Source: a virus. From it: DNA of 64,000 nucleotides. The first letter of the stretch is position 1, and each line of letters starts with the position of its first letter. Position numbers and translations under genes: made by a program. Of the stretch, positions 34,973-44,365 are shown piece by piece. A model generated the notes under the pieces. That model was given only the letters and a program-made list of their open reading frames with translations, made no database searches and had not been told where the DNA came from. The stretch lies in IMG/VR virus record IMGVR_UViG_3300018080_008375, positions 1 to 64,000 of that record; one strand, given 5' to 3'.

Positions 34973-35863
34973 ATGACAGAAAAAACAAAAATAGTCTGGG
35001 ACATGGAAACCGGCGATCCGGACGACTATCTGACCCTGCTGCTCCTGTGCGGGCATCCGCGCGTGGACCTGAGGGCAGTCACCATCACGCCCGGAACGCC
35101 GCAGCAGGTCGGGCTCGTTAGGCATGCCCTGAAAGAGTTCAGCCTGGACATTCCTGTCGGGGCATACAACATCGGGCACGAGAAGCAGTGCGTGTCCAAA
35201 TGGCACTACAGGGCGTACGGGAACATTTCGGAATCTCTCGATGCCGAAGAGGGGTGGGTAGTTCTGACGCAGGCGCTGGGTCCGGATGTGACGCTGCTGA
35301 CCGGAGCTCCCCTGAAGAACCTTGGAAAGGCGCTATGGAATGATGCGCTGCCGGTCACCGGCAGGTGGGTAGCCCAGGGCGGCTTTGCCGGCGATGGCGT
35401 GGTTCCTGGCGAGTGGCAGCTGGAGAAGTTCAGGGGCATGGACGCCTGTCCGACCTACAACTTCAACGGCGATCCGAGAAGCGCCTCGGCGGCACTGACA
35501 TGCCAGAACATTAAACAGATTCGCTTGGTGTCGAAGAATGTGTGCCATGGCGTGGCGTACGACCGCAAAGTACACGAGCGTGTGGCGGCGGTCAAGAACA
35601 GGAGCCTGTCCATGAGCCTGATTCACAGGGGCATGGACCTGTATCTAAAGAAGCGCCCGCAGGGCAAGCTGTTCCACGATCCGCTCGCCGCGTGCTGCGC
35701 CATAGACCCGGAGATAGGCAGGTGGTCCGAGCCGGTAGCCATGTTCAGGCGCAAGGGCAAGTGGGGTGCCAGGCTCGTATCCAAAGACAACCCGTATCAG
35801 AAATGCAGGATAATCATGCGTTATGACCATGAGCGGTTTCTGGGCGTTCTGACGGAAGTGTAG
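34973..35863 (+). CDS. inosine/uridine-preferring nucleoside hydrolase family protein
   Basis: WDMETGDPDD, TGAPLKNL, TYNFNGD and FHDPLAA. Confidence 0.85.
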   Translation: MTEKTKIVWDMETGDPDDYLTLLLLCGHPRVDLRAVTITPGTPQQVGLVRHALKEFSLDIPVGAYNIGHEKQCVSKWHYRAYGNISESLDAEEGWVVLTQALGPDVTLLTGAPLKNLGKALWNDALPVTGRWVAQGGFAGDGVVPGEWQLEKFRGMDACPTYNFNGDPRSASAALTCQNIKQIRLVSKNVCHGVAYDRKVHERVAAVKNRSLSMSLIHRGMDLYLKKRPQGKLFHDPLAACCAIDPEIGRWSEPVAMFRRKGKWGARLVSKDNPYQKCRIIMRYDHERFLGVLTEV

Positions 35864-35875
35864 AAAGGAAAGCGA

Positions 35876-36439
35876 ATGAAGTATATGCTTGCAGTGGACC
35901 TGGAGACTACCGGGCTGAATCCGAGGCATCATGAGATCACGCAGATAGGCGCGATCCTGCTGGACAGGGAGTTGAAGGAACTCGGCGAGTTCGAGACGCT
36001 TGTTAAGATCGACTATCCGGAGCGCGGGCTTGAGGGCGGCTTTGATGTGTTCAAATACACCGGTATTACGCAGGACAGTCTCAAAGACGCTCCGACGCTG
36101 AAGAAGTCCCTGCGCGCCATGGAGGTGTTCGTTAGGTCCAAGATCGGCGGGTTTAGCCTGGAAAGCGTGGCGGTGTTCGGCCAGAACCCGCGCTTCGATG
36201 TCGGCTTCCTGGAGGAGGCGTACAGGAGCCTCGGATGGAAGTTTCCGTTCGATTTCCATGTCATCGGCCTTGAGAGTGCGTATGTGTTCTATAGCCTCAA
36301 GAAGAACGGAACGCTGCCGGTCGGTCTCCGCCTGAAGGACATCTGTAAGAAGGCGGGAATCAAGAATGCGCAGGAGCACAATGCCATAGCAGACATTCGT
36401 GCTACAGTCGATTCGCTCAGGGCGCTTTTGGAAAAGTAG
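35876..36439 (+). CDS. DEDDh 3'-5' exonuclease
   Basis: VDLETTGL, GQNPRFD and HNAIAD. Confidence 0.9.
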   Translation: MKYMLAVDLETTGLNPRHHEITQIGAILLDRELKELGEFETLVKIDYPERGLEGGFDVFKYTGITQDSLKDAPTLKKSLRAMEVFVRSKIGGFSLESVAVFGQNPRFDVGFLEEAYRSLGWKFPFDFHVIGLESAYVFYSLKKNGTLPVGLRLKDICKKAGIKNAQEHNAIADIRATVDSLRALLEK

Positions 36440-36474
36440 GGTGCTGAAATTGGGGTGATGAAAGGAGTTGTTCC

Positions 36475-36900
36475 ATGGAAGTTTTTTTGCTTATCGTTGT
36501 CGTAGCGATTGCTTTGCTGCTGATGTTTCTGCCGCATTCCGGCAAGAAGAAGTGGGCCGAGTCGCATAGGAGGGGGTTGGAGGAACAATATGCTCCCTGG
36601 TCGGCACCACAGGAAGAAAAGGAGCCGGAGGACCTACGGGCAGACTCCGATTTGGAGCCGTCAGAAGGTTTCTGTAACGGTACGCGCGTCGTCGCGCAGG
36701 CAGTGTTTCGAGTTGCCAAGACGACCCGTGGATGGGCTTTGTTCGACGGAAAGAAGACTATCCTCACGCGCAAGAAGAAGCGTGATGCCGTGGCTGAGGC
36801 AAGAAGCGTTGCCAATGCGCGTCAACCGTCACGGCTGGAGATCTACAAGGCGGACGGAGAGTGCCAGGTGTCGCACGAATACGGAAAGAGCAAGGGGTAG
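36475..36900 (+). CDS. membrane-anchored DUF2188-like protein
   Basis: N-terminal TM; KRDAVAEAR..A....SRLEIYKADG...HEYG. Confidence 0.6.
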   Translation: MEVFLLIVVVAIALLLMFLPHSGKKKWAESHRRGLEEQYAPWSAPQEEKEPEDLRADSDLEPSEGFCNGTRVVAQAVFRVAKTTRGWALFDGKKTILTRKKKRDAVAEARSVANARQPSRLEIYKADGECQVSHEYGKSKG

Positions 36901-37004
36901 CGCAAGTGCTGGGGCTGGCAGGTGCGCAATGCTAATGGTTTTGTGTTTTTGTGCGCGTGGTTTTGAGTTTCTCGACCACGGCTTTTATCTAGGAGGTTGT
37001 TTCA

Positions 37005-37244
37005 ATGTCACAGAGCATTACATGGGACGACACGGCTGTCGGATGGGTTTACAACACCGGCATGTGGGGCGATTTGCTGAACGAAATGCTCGATGACGAA
37101 GACGAGGAGAGCGGGAAACCTTCTGAAGAAGCCGAGCCTGAAAACAACGGCAACCGCGAACTGTGCTGGTGGTGCGGAAGGCGCACTGAAGTGCGCGCTT
37201 TGTTCACCGGAACATGCCGCATTTGCTCGTCGTGTAACAAATAA
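37005..37244 (+). CDS. small Zn-ribbon protein
   Basis: CWWCG...CSSC; AGGAGG RBS. Confidence 0.6.
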   Translation: MSQSITWDDTAVGWVYNTGMWGDLLNEMLDDEDEESGKPSEEAEPENNGNRELCWWCGRRTEVRALFTGTCRICSSCNK

Positions 37245-37318
37245 GGCTCCGTGTGCTAACTGGCATAGCATCTCGATTTAAAATCGAGCGTTTGGGGGTT
37301 CGAATCCCTCCGGGGCCA
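37245..37318 (+). tRNA. tRNA-Leu(TAA), short variable loop
   Basis: Acceptor GGCTCCG/CGGGGCC; anticodon arm CTCGA-TTTAAAA-TCGAG. Confidence 0.85.
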
Positions 37319-37329
37319 TCGGAGGAAAG

Positions 37330-37587
37330 ATGGACGAAAACAGAATGGGAAATTACAACCGGGAGAAGAGTAGCCCGAGCGCCAAACAGTTGCTGCGGCA
37401 GCTGAGAGAGATGAAAACGCTGTTCAGGCGCGAGAGGGACACGGTGCGCAAGAACATCGCCCTGCTGACGGCGAACATGGGAGAGTTCGCCGTCGCCATT
37501 GACGCCGCCCTGGAAAAGACCAAAGGCAGCCTGGAAGAGCTGCGGGCGTACAGGAAGGCGATGGAGCGGAGGTCGGACAGGAAATGA
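37330..37587 (+). CDS. coiled-coil hypothetical protein
   Basis: GGAGG RBS. Confidence 0.6.
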   Translation: MDENRMGNYNREKSSPSAKQLLRQLREMKTLFRRERDTVRKNIALLTANMGEFAVAIDAALEKTKGSLEELRAYRKAMERRSDRK

Positions 37588-37624
37588 CTTGGGACTACCA
37601 GCACTGGAACTAGGGAGATGCGAT

Positions 37625-38128
37625 ATGGAGCGGACACTGCTCTTGAGCCAATCGTACGAGCCGATTGCGACCATATCCTGGCAGAGGGCCATATGCCTGC
37701 TGATGCTGGGCAAGGTGGAGATAGTCGAGGAGTACGACCGCAGCGTGCGCTCCGTGTCGGTGGTTTTCAAGATGCCGGCCGTCGTGCGCCTGGTGAATGC
37801 TTTCAGGCGCCACAAGAAGGGCGTCAAGTTCAGCAAGCAGAATGTTTTTGCGCGGGACAGGTGGAAATGCCAGTATTGCGGCATCAAGAAACCAGCAACT
37901 GAACTCACATATGACCATGTTGTTCCAAGGTCTCGAGGTGGCAAGACATGCTGGGAGAACATTGTCACGTCGTGCTCGGAATGTAATTCCAAGAAGGGCA
38001 ACAGGACTCCGCAGCAGGCCGGAATGAGGCTGAAGAGGGTTCCGGTCAGGCCTGACTGGGTGCCCGTGTTCGCCGTGCAGGTGAGCCGCGACATGCCCGA
38101 TGCGTGGCGCAACTACTGCTGGAGTTAG
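37625..38128 (+). CDS. HNH endonuclease (McrA-like HNH_5 type)
   Basis: TLLLSQSYEP...FARDRWKCQYCG...TYDHVVPRSRGG..WENIVTSCSECN. Confidence 0.9.
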   Translation: MERTLLLSQSYEPIATISWQRAICLLMLGKVEIVEEYDRSVRSVSVVFKMPAVVRLVNAFRRHKKGVKFSKQNVFARDRWKCQYCGIKKPATELTYDHVVPRSRGGKTCWENIVTSCSECNSKKGNRTPQQAGMRLKRVPVRPDWVPVFAVQVSRDMPDAWRNYCWS

Positions 38129-38196
38129 TTTTTTACTAGCATTTTCTACCAATATTCCTGTATGTACACACATATGGAATATTGGAGGTTCGAATC

Positions 38197-38931
38197 GTGA
38201 AGGGTCAAACCAAGTATGAAAAGGAAATTGTAGAAAATGCTGTTCAAAACGCGCGATCTTTAAGAGAAGCCATTGAGAATCTTGGTCTAAAACCCAACAA
38301 TGGCAACTACAGGTTTATTTCTGCAAAAGTAAGGCTGTACGGCATATCCATAGAGCATTTTGTAAGACACGCAACGCGTGGGTGTACGGCACACAATAGC
38401 CAAGCAATAAGGAATGTTCGAAACCAGTTGCGATGGACGGATGATGAGTTGTTCAGAAAATCGTCTGTATATGTTTCTGGTTCGAGACTGAGAAAACGTT
38501 TGTTGGAAAAGGGGTGGGAATACAAGTGTGCCATATGCGGGCATGATCCCATATGGAACGGGAAAAAGCTTACTTTACAAGTAGATCATATCAACGGAGA
38601 TAGCATTGATAACAGGTTGGAAAATCTGAGGTTTTTGTGTCCGAACTGCCATTCCCAAACGGCAACTTTCGGGAACAACAAAAATCGTGCTACAAAGCCT
38701 GAGAAAACCTGTAACATATGTGGTCGACCTGTCCATTACAAAAACAAAAGCGGACGGTGTCGAGGCTGTAGCAACAGACTTAGTGGTTGTCAGCGGCGTG
38801 GGCAAAACACAAAAATAAAATGGCCGCCGCACGCACGGCTTTTGAAAATGGTCGAAAAAACTTCATTTTCGGCTGTCGGAAGAAAGCTTGGTGTTTCTGA
38901 TAATGCAGTTCGCAAGCATCTTAAAATATGA
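38197..38931 (+). CDS. HNH homing endonuclease, paralog of 3331-3996
   Basis: LQVDHINGDSIDNRLENLRFLCPNCHSQT; shared tail RKLGVSDNAVRK. Confidence 0.9.
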   Translation: MKGQTKYEKEIVENAVQNARSLREAIENLGLKPNNGNYRFISAKVRLYGISIEHFVRHATRGCTAHNSQAIRNVRNQLRWTDDELFRKSSVYVSGSRLRKRLLEKGWEYKCAICGHDPIWNGKKLTLQVDHINGDSIDNRLENLRFLCPNCHSQTATFGNNKNRATKPEKTCNICGRPVHYKNKSGRCRGCSNRLSGCQRRGQNTKIKWPPHARLLKMVEKTSFSAVGRKLGVSDNAVRKHLKI

Positions 38932-38933
38932 GA

Positions 38934-39007
<74 letters not shown>

Positions 39008-39124
39008 CAGATAGGGTCCTGGCGCGGACCCTGGCGCAGTTTGCGTACATGGCTTTTTGCGGAGCTAGCCTGCCGGGGCGTTGTACCGGATCGTTTCATC
39101 CGCCCATGCTTTCATACGCGCCAT

Positions 39125-39205
39125 GGAGGGTGCCGCCAAGGTGGCAACGCCGGCTTGAACCCGGTGGGGGCTTGGTCGCTCGGGGTTCGATTCCTCCACC
39201 CTCCG
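39125..39205 (+). tRNA. tRNA-Ser(TGA)
   Basis: Acceptor GGAGGGT/ACCCTCC with G73; anticodon arm GCCGG-CTTGAAC-CCGGT; variable arm present. Confidence 0.83.
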
Positions 39206-39393
39206 CCCGAGGAGAAAGACATGAAGGAAGCCAGATGCCCCGTGTGCGGGAGAACATGGGAGCTGTCCGTCCGCTCCAAAGACGACAAGCTCCCCCAATG
39301 CGGGTGTTTTGACCTGATGTCGGGCGTATGCTGGACATGCTGTCTCCTACACAGCATGTCATGTCCCGCAGAGGCATCCGAAAGGGAAGAACA

Positions 39394-39939
39394 ATGAGTT
39401 CCGTAGTTCGCCTGGTTCTTGACGGACCGGCAAAGCCGGACAGCGGTGTTGATATTCTTCTGGAGGCTTTCAGGCGCTGGCCGAGGGACCTGGAATCCGA
39501 CTACATGCTAGTCTACATGATCACTCCCGGCGGCTTTATGGAGTTTCCCCTGCCAGACTCGTGGAGCGGTTGCTGCGGCTGCCACGACCTGAACATCTTC
39601 AGTCCGAGAGCGAAGGCGAACAGGAAGCCTGGGTCGCCCAGAAGCAGGCGGGCGATAGAGATGAAGTCCAAGGTGTCATGGAAGGAGCCGGACGTTGTGC
39701 TGCACCACCCCCACGCCACGGACACGCCCATGGCATGGCAGCTCGGATGGTCGGGGCTGGTGAAAGAATTCGAGCCCGTTGTGTGCGCTTCTGCCATAGG
39801 ATACTACTCGTACGAGCATTCGACTCCCAGGTGCACGCTCAAGAGCGTGCTCGACGGAACGCATCCGGGGACCGAGGTGTGCGACATCGTGATCGACACG
39901 TCTCCATACCGGTCCAGACCCGGAATGTACATGAGATAG
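39394..39939 (+). CDS. hypothetical protein, possibly a shortened carbon-nitrogen hydrolase fold
   Basis: TPGGF...CHDLNIFSPR...VLHHPH; short for the fold. Confidence 0.5.
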   Translation: MSSVVRLVLDGPAKPDSGVDILLEAFRRWPRDLESDYMLVYMITPGGFMEFPLPDSWSGCCGCHDLNIFSPRAKANRKPGSPRSRRAIEMKSKVSWKEPDVVLHHPHATDTPMAWQLGWSGLVKEFEPVVCASAIGYYSYEHSTPRCTLKSVLDGTHPGTEVCDIVIDTSPYRSRPGMYMR

Positions 39940-39949
39940 CGGAGCCCAG

Positions 39950-40609
39950 ATGAGAGATCCGGAGAGAATACCAGTAATATTGAGCAGGATCGAGGAGATC
40001 TGGAAGAAGAATCCGGACATGCGCCTCGGACAGCTGCTTTCAAACCCGTTTGTAGATCTAACGCCGCTGTTCTATTCGGAGGACGATGCCTTGGTGGGAC
40101 GGCTTGAGGACCTGTATGTCCGCGGAAAGCAGCTGGAGAAAAGCCACAGGTGGTGGATGGAAAGGATTCGCACTCCGAAGATAGGGGCGGCCGGCATTGT
40201 CGAAAGCAACCGCGGAAACCTGCTTGTGATAGAGCGCGGAAATCCCCCGCTCGGTTTCGCATTTCCAGGAGGATTCGTGGATATGGGCGAGACGGTTGCC
40301 GAGGCAGCCAGGCGCGAGGTTTTGGAGGAAACCGGCATCAGGACACTTCCTGCCTGCGCCGGCCTGTTGCGCTTGTCATCAAGGCCTTCCGACCATCCCG
40401 CGGATCATTTTGTTACTGTGTTCATGGTGATGTATGCTTTGGGCGAAAGCGATCCGCAAGCTGGAGACGATGCCTTGGACGCATGGTGGATGAGCCCTGA
40501 CAACTGCATGTCGTCGATAGGGGAGTTTGCGCCTGTGTACGGAGATGCTCTGAGGATGTATATGGGCTGGACTAAAAGCGGTCGTCCGAGGCTTCCAGAG
40601 GCGGCATAG
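39950..40609 (+). CDS. NUDIX hydrolase with N-terminal MRDPERI domain
   Basis: FPGGFVDMGETVAEAARREVLEETG and AGDDA. Confidence 0.88.
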   Translation: MRDPERIPVILSRIEEIWKKNPDMRLGQLLSNPFVDLTPLFYSEDDALVGRLEDLYVRGKQLEKSHRWWMERIRTPKIGAAGIVESNRGNLLVIERGNPPLGFAFPGGFVDMGETVAEAARREVLEETGIRTLPACAGLLRLSSRPSDHPADHFVTVFMVMYALGESDPQAGDDALDAWWMSPDNCMSSIGEFAPVYGDALRMYMGWTKSGRPRLPEAA

Positions 40610-40617
40610 GAGGATAC

Positions 40618-41076
40618 ATGGGAAACAAGCCGTGGTACGGAGACTGGCACCTGCTGTACGAGCTTAGCAACAGCGGGGGACCGTATCCCTCCCCGCCCGC
40701 GCCGGGCGCCAAGGCGGTCCCGTTCGGATTCGAGGTTCCGAAGCATCCGTGGCCCGAGTGGCTGGACGGCAACTACAAGGTCCTGTCCAACCCGGCGTAC
40801 AGGTCGTCGTACGACAGCAGCTCAGCGAGCGGCTCGATCGGAATATACAGCTTCGAGATCCGGGTGGTCCTCAAGGACGGCGTGAGCGAGGAAGCGGCCG
40901 TCGAGCGCCTGTACGCGTCGGGATGCGACGACGCACTGTTTGCCGTGTGCGACGGGGGCGTCAGGCTCGATTTCGACAGGGAAGCCGATTCTTTAAGCGA
41001 GGCGCTGGATTCGGCCTGCGCCGATATCATGAAATCCGGCGTTGCGCTGATGTGCGGCAGCAAAAAGATACGATAG
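40618..41076 (+). CDS. hypothetical protein
   Basis: LYASGCDDAL...LDFDREA.S...A motif. Confidence 0.65.
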   Translation: MGNKPWYGDWHLLYELSNSGGPYPSPPAPGAKAVPFGFEVPKHPWPEWLDGNYKVLSNPAYRSSYDSSSASGSIGIYSFEIRVVLKDGVSEEAAVERLYASGCDDALFAVCDGGVRLDFDREADSLSEALDSACADIMKSGVALMCGSKKIR

Positions 41077-41087
41077 GAGGTTTCAAA

Positions 41088-41811
41088 ATGACAAACACAA
41101 GGAGGTCTCTTTGACAAGGCTCTTGTCGAGATAAGGGCCGCAGAAGGTGGAGACGACGCGAAGCTGCTTGTCTCGGACCTGTTCCAAGTCTACATGAAGT
41201 GGTGCCGCCGCCGCGGCTTCGAGGCTGACATGTCGTTCAGCGCCGAGGCTGGAGGCGGTTTTTCTTTGGTTGAATTCGTGGTGTCCGGAGACGGCGCGCG
41301 CGATGCGTTCATGAACGAAGCCGGAGGCCACAGGTTCCAGAGGGTGCCGCCAACAGAAAAGCGAGGAAGGAGACAGACATCCACGGTGACGGTGGCAGTC
41401 CTGCCGATAGCGTCCGAGACAGAAATGAGAATAGACCAGTCAGAGTTGTCATGGGAGGTGAAGCGCGGGAATGGAGCCGGAGGCCAGCATCGCAATGTTA
41501 CCGAAAGCGCCGTTAGGGTGACGCATGTTTCTACAGGCATTTCAGCCACATGCCAAGACGAGCGGTCCCAGCACCGCAACAAGAAGAGGGCGCTTGAGAT
41601 ACTGCGCGCCAGGCTTTTTGACAAGGTGGAATCGGAATCCGCAGCTGAGGAAAATGCCAGGAGAAAGAAGCAGGTTGGGTCAGGAATGCGCGGGGACAAG
41701 ATCAGGACCTACCGCTACCAGGACGGAAGGGCGGTGGATCACAGGACTGGCAGGAAGGTGAGGCTGGAAGATGTTTTGTCTGGAAACCTGGATGTTTTTC
41801 GAAAGGGCTAG
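41088..41811 (+). CDS. class I peptide chain release factor (PxT type, no domain 1), expressed via a +1 frameshift at 41109-41115
   Basis: MTNTRRSL-TGA, then +1 frame DKALVEIRAAEGGDDAK...HRFQRVPPTEKRGRRQTS...GAGGQHRNVTESAVR...KIRTY. Confidence 0.9.
41100..41115 (+). promoter_or_regulatory. prfB-type programmed +1 frameshift signal
   Basis: AGGAGG-TCT-CTT-TGA-C matches the internal SD, 3-nt spacer and CTT TGA C cassette of bacterial prfB. Confidence 0.88.
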
Positions 41812-42971
41812 TTGTCCACTTTTTTGCCGGATCTCCACTGATAGCATGACCAGTACTTCGCCTTTGTCTTGTCTTTGGCGGATTCGCTGTCGCATTTGTG
41901 CCGAGAACGGAAATTTCTCCTGCGTTCCGGGTCGTCGCGCCTGATTTCCATTTCCGGGTCGCCAAACTGTATTTTGCGCACCTTCTTGGTTTTCGGGTCC
42001 TTTACAAAGACATGAAACTTTTTCTTGTTTCCTGGCGGGTTGCGAACCGGGTCGTTCAGCTTGATCTTTTTTCCTTGGTATTCGGCAGCCGACACATGTA
42101 GGCTGCTCTTTTTGGGTTTGGAGAATTCCTGGATCTTCCTGAACGATGCCTCGAATTCTTTTTCCATATCGATGATGGCTTGTTTTTTGTCGGTAATTTC
42201 TTGTTCAAGTTCTTCCCATCTGGGAGAGAGCCTGGAGCGTATCTCCTGGATCTCTTTGGCGCGCGGGTTTTTTCTCTCTATGCGCAGCATGCGCGCGTAT
42301 TCGGGACGCATTTTTTCCCTTTCGATGTTGAGCGTTTTCAGCTCCTGCCTGGCTCTTGGAATCATCTCCTCGCTAAGCTGGCGGGCGGCGTCTATTTCGC
42401 GCTCGAGCCTTGACCCCTTGGCCATTTTGGCGATGTCGGATATTTTCCAGGCGGCGTAGTGAAGCTCGTTGTCGAATGCGTGGAACGGCTTGAGGCCTTT
42501 TGACATGACATAGTTTATGAACGACTCCTTGTCCGTGAAGCCTAGGAGGCGCGTGGCGGCATAGGTGGTCGTGTATATCTTTTCTCCATTTCGGGTGTTG
42601 CGCTGGACAAAATCGCGCAGGCGCCCTGACACAGAGCGCGGAAGCTCTGAGAGGGGCATCTTGTACAGCTCCTCTTCCACGAGTTTGACCTCGTGAGGGG
42701 ACAGCGGTTCGCCTCGGTTCATTTTCTCTTTTAATTCCGCAGCTCTCCTGGCACATTTTGGACATTGCGACATATTGGGCGGAATTTCTTTTCCGCATAT
42801 GCGGCATGATGGTCTTTTTTCAGGTTTTTTTTCTTTGCGTTTTGTTTTGTGTGCGGACATCGGTCTGTCCGGGCAGTTTGGGCAGGTTGAAAGGTTTGCG
42901 GAAAACTTTCCGCCGCATTTCGGGCAGATGCGCCATCTGCCGGCTCGTTTGAACATGGGGCGTGTTGTCAT
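41808..42971 (-). CDS. hypothetical protein (Zn ribbons plus C-terminal phage domain)
   Basis: CPKC/CRIC motifs; C-terminus KKFHVFVKDP...FGDP...RRNFRSRHKC...YWSC. Confidence 0.75.
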   Translation of the reverse strand: MTTRPMFKRAGRWRICPKCGGKFSANLSTCPNCPDRPMSAHKTKRKEKKPEKRPSCRICGKEIPPNMSQCPKCARRAAELKEKMNRGEPLSPHEVKLVEEELYKMPLSELPRSVSGRLRDFVQRNTRNGEKIYTTTYAATRLLGFTDKESFINYVMSKGLKPFHAFDNELHYAAWKISDIAKMAKGSRLEREIDAARQLSEEMIPRARQELKTLNIEREKMRPEYARMLRIERKNPRAKEIQEIRSRLSPRWEELEQEITDKKQAIIDMEKEFEASFRKIQEFSKPKKSSLHVSAAEYQGKKIKLNDPVRNPPGNKKKFHVFVKDPKTKKVRKIQFGDPEMEIRRDDPERRRNFRSRHKCDSESAKDKTKAKYWSCYQWRSGKKVDN

Positions 42972-43045
42972 GTCGCACTCCTACTGATGGTCAGTTATAT
43001 CTATTCGTGATTATTGATAGAATTTTGCCTAACAAGGATGGGACA

Positions 43046-43813
43046 ATGCTGTTCAAAGAGTTTGATGCGCGGATGCGCGTATACGAGACGGCGCACGACC
43101 AATGTGTTCTTCCTGGGGTATACATGGTTGCACGCCTTGATGGAAGGTGTTTTACGCGCCTTACAAAGGTACAAAGGTTTGAGAGGCCGTTTGACGTCGA
43201 TTTTCGCGACCATATGGTCGCCGTTGCGTGCCACTTGATGCGCTGTGGATTCAACGCAACATACGCTTACATACAGAGCGACGAAATTTCGCTGCTATTT
43301 GATTTGGCAGAAAACACTTTCGGTCGCAAGCTGCGCAAGTTAAATTCCGTGCTGGCAGGGGAGGCAAGCGCTAAGTTCACAAAATGCCTCGGCGGAGGGG
43401 ACATGGGAGTGTTCGATTGCCGCATTTCCCAGCTGCCGCGCACAGGCGATGTGGTTGATTACTTTCGCTGGAGGCAGGAGGACGCTTATCGCAATGCGCT
43501 ACATGGTCACTGCTATTGGATGCTTCGCGGCGATGGCAGGAGTGCTTCCGAAGCTACGAGCTTGTTAAGCGGCAGTTCGTCCTCCGACAAGCAAGAGCTG
43601 CTGTTTTCCAATGGGACGAACTTCAACGGCATTCCATTGTGGCATAAGCGCGGAACTGGGATATATTGGGAAACATACAAGAAGAAAGCTGCCAATCCAG
43701 TTACCGGCGACAAAGTGGATGTCGAGCGCAGGCGCATTAGAGTTGATTTTGAGTTGCCGATACATGATGAATATGCGTTGTTCGTGCGCCGTCTGATCGG
43801 CGTTTTGACATGA
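43046..43813 (+). CDS. Thg1-like protein (tRNA-His guanylyltransferase / 3'-5' polymerase)
   Basis: ARLDGRCFTRLT, YIQSDEISL, FDCR, DYFRWRQEDAYRN and KRG. Confidence 0.93.
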   Translation: MLFKEFDARMRVYETAHDQCVLPGVYMVARLDGRCFTRLTKVQRFERPFDVDFRDHMVAVACHLMRCGFNATYAYIQSDEISLLFDLAENTFGRKLRKLNSVLAGEASAKFTKCLGGGDMGVFDCRISQLPRTGDVVDYFRWRQEDAYRNALHGHCYWMLRGDGRSASEATSLLSGSSSSDKQELLFSNGTNFNGIPLWHKRGTGIYWETYKKKAANPVTGDKVDVERRRIRVDFELPIHDEYALFVRRLIGVLT

Positions 43814-43831
43814 AGGAGGGTTAGGGGATTG

Positions 43832-44365
43832 ATGGAAGTTCACTGGATAGCCGCTATTTCCGCCATCTTGCCCATGGCGTTTCTGCAGAGCGTCATACAC
43901 CAGCTGTCGCACGGACTGGCAATGCGGATTGGATGGAAGTGGGGGTTTAAAATACATCCGCTCCCATCCAAGGGGGCGTCTGGCGTTGTATGGCCGCATG
44001 TGACATACAGGATGTGTAGTAAATCGTGCGATCTGGACATGTTCGGAAAGGCTATCGCATCTATTGCGCCAAAAATAGCGAATGTCGTCTTGGTCATGGC
44101 ATCTGGCATTGCCATAACTCAGTTGCTTAATCCAACGCTTCTGACCCTTCTGCTCATGTTCGCCTTGGCGAACACAGTCGACTTCATGTCTGCGTTGTCA
44201 ATATTTCGCAAAAGCGGCACTTCGGACATATGGAGGTTTTCCAACTACACCGGAATCGAAACCAGTCATGTAAGATGGTTCGTGGCTGCAATTTCATTTT
44301 TGCTGCTGCTGCTAGTTGTCGTGTCTTTTTTCGGTCGGGTGCTTCCACAGACGGGAATATTATGA
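43832..44365 (+). CDS. multi-TM protein, degenerate M50-like (HQLSH)
   Basis: Hydrophobic helices; HExxH with E->Q. Confidence 0.55.
   Translation: MEVHWIAAISAILPMAFLQSVIHQLSHGLAMRIGWKWGFKIHPLPSKGASGVVWPHVTYRMCSKSCDLDMFGKAIASIAPKIANVVLVMASGIAITQLLNPTLLTLLLMFALANTVDFMSALSIFRKSGTSDIWRFSNYTGIETSHVRWFVAAISFLLLLLVVVSFFGRVLPQTGIL

Noticed and set aside
39125-39205. tRNA with 'TGA' read as selenocysteine or opal suppressor
   Set aside because: TGA is the anticodon (decodes UCA, Ser) on a normal Ser body; a suppressor would need TCA.
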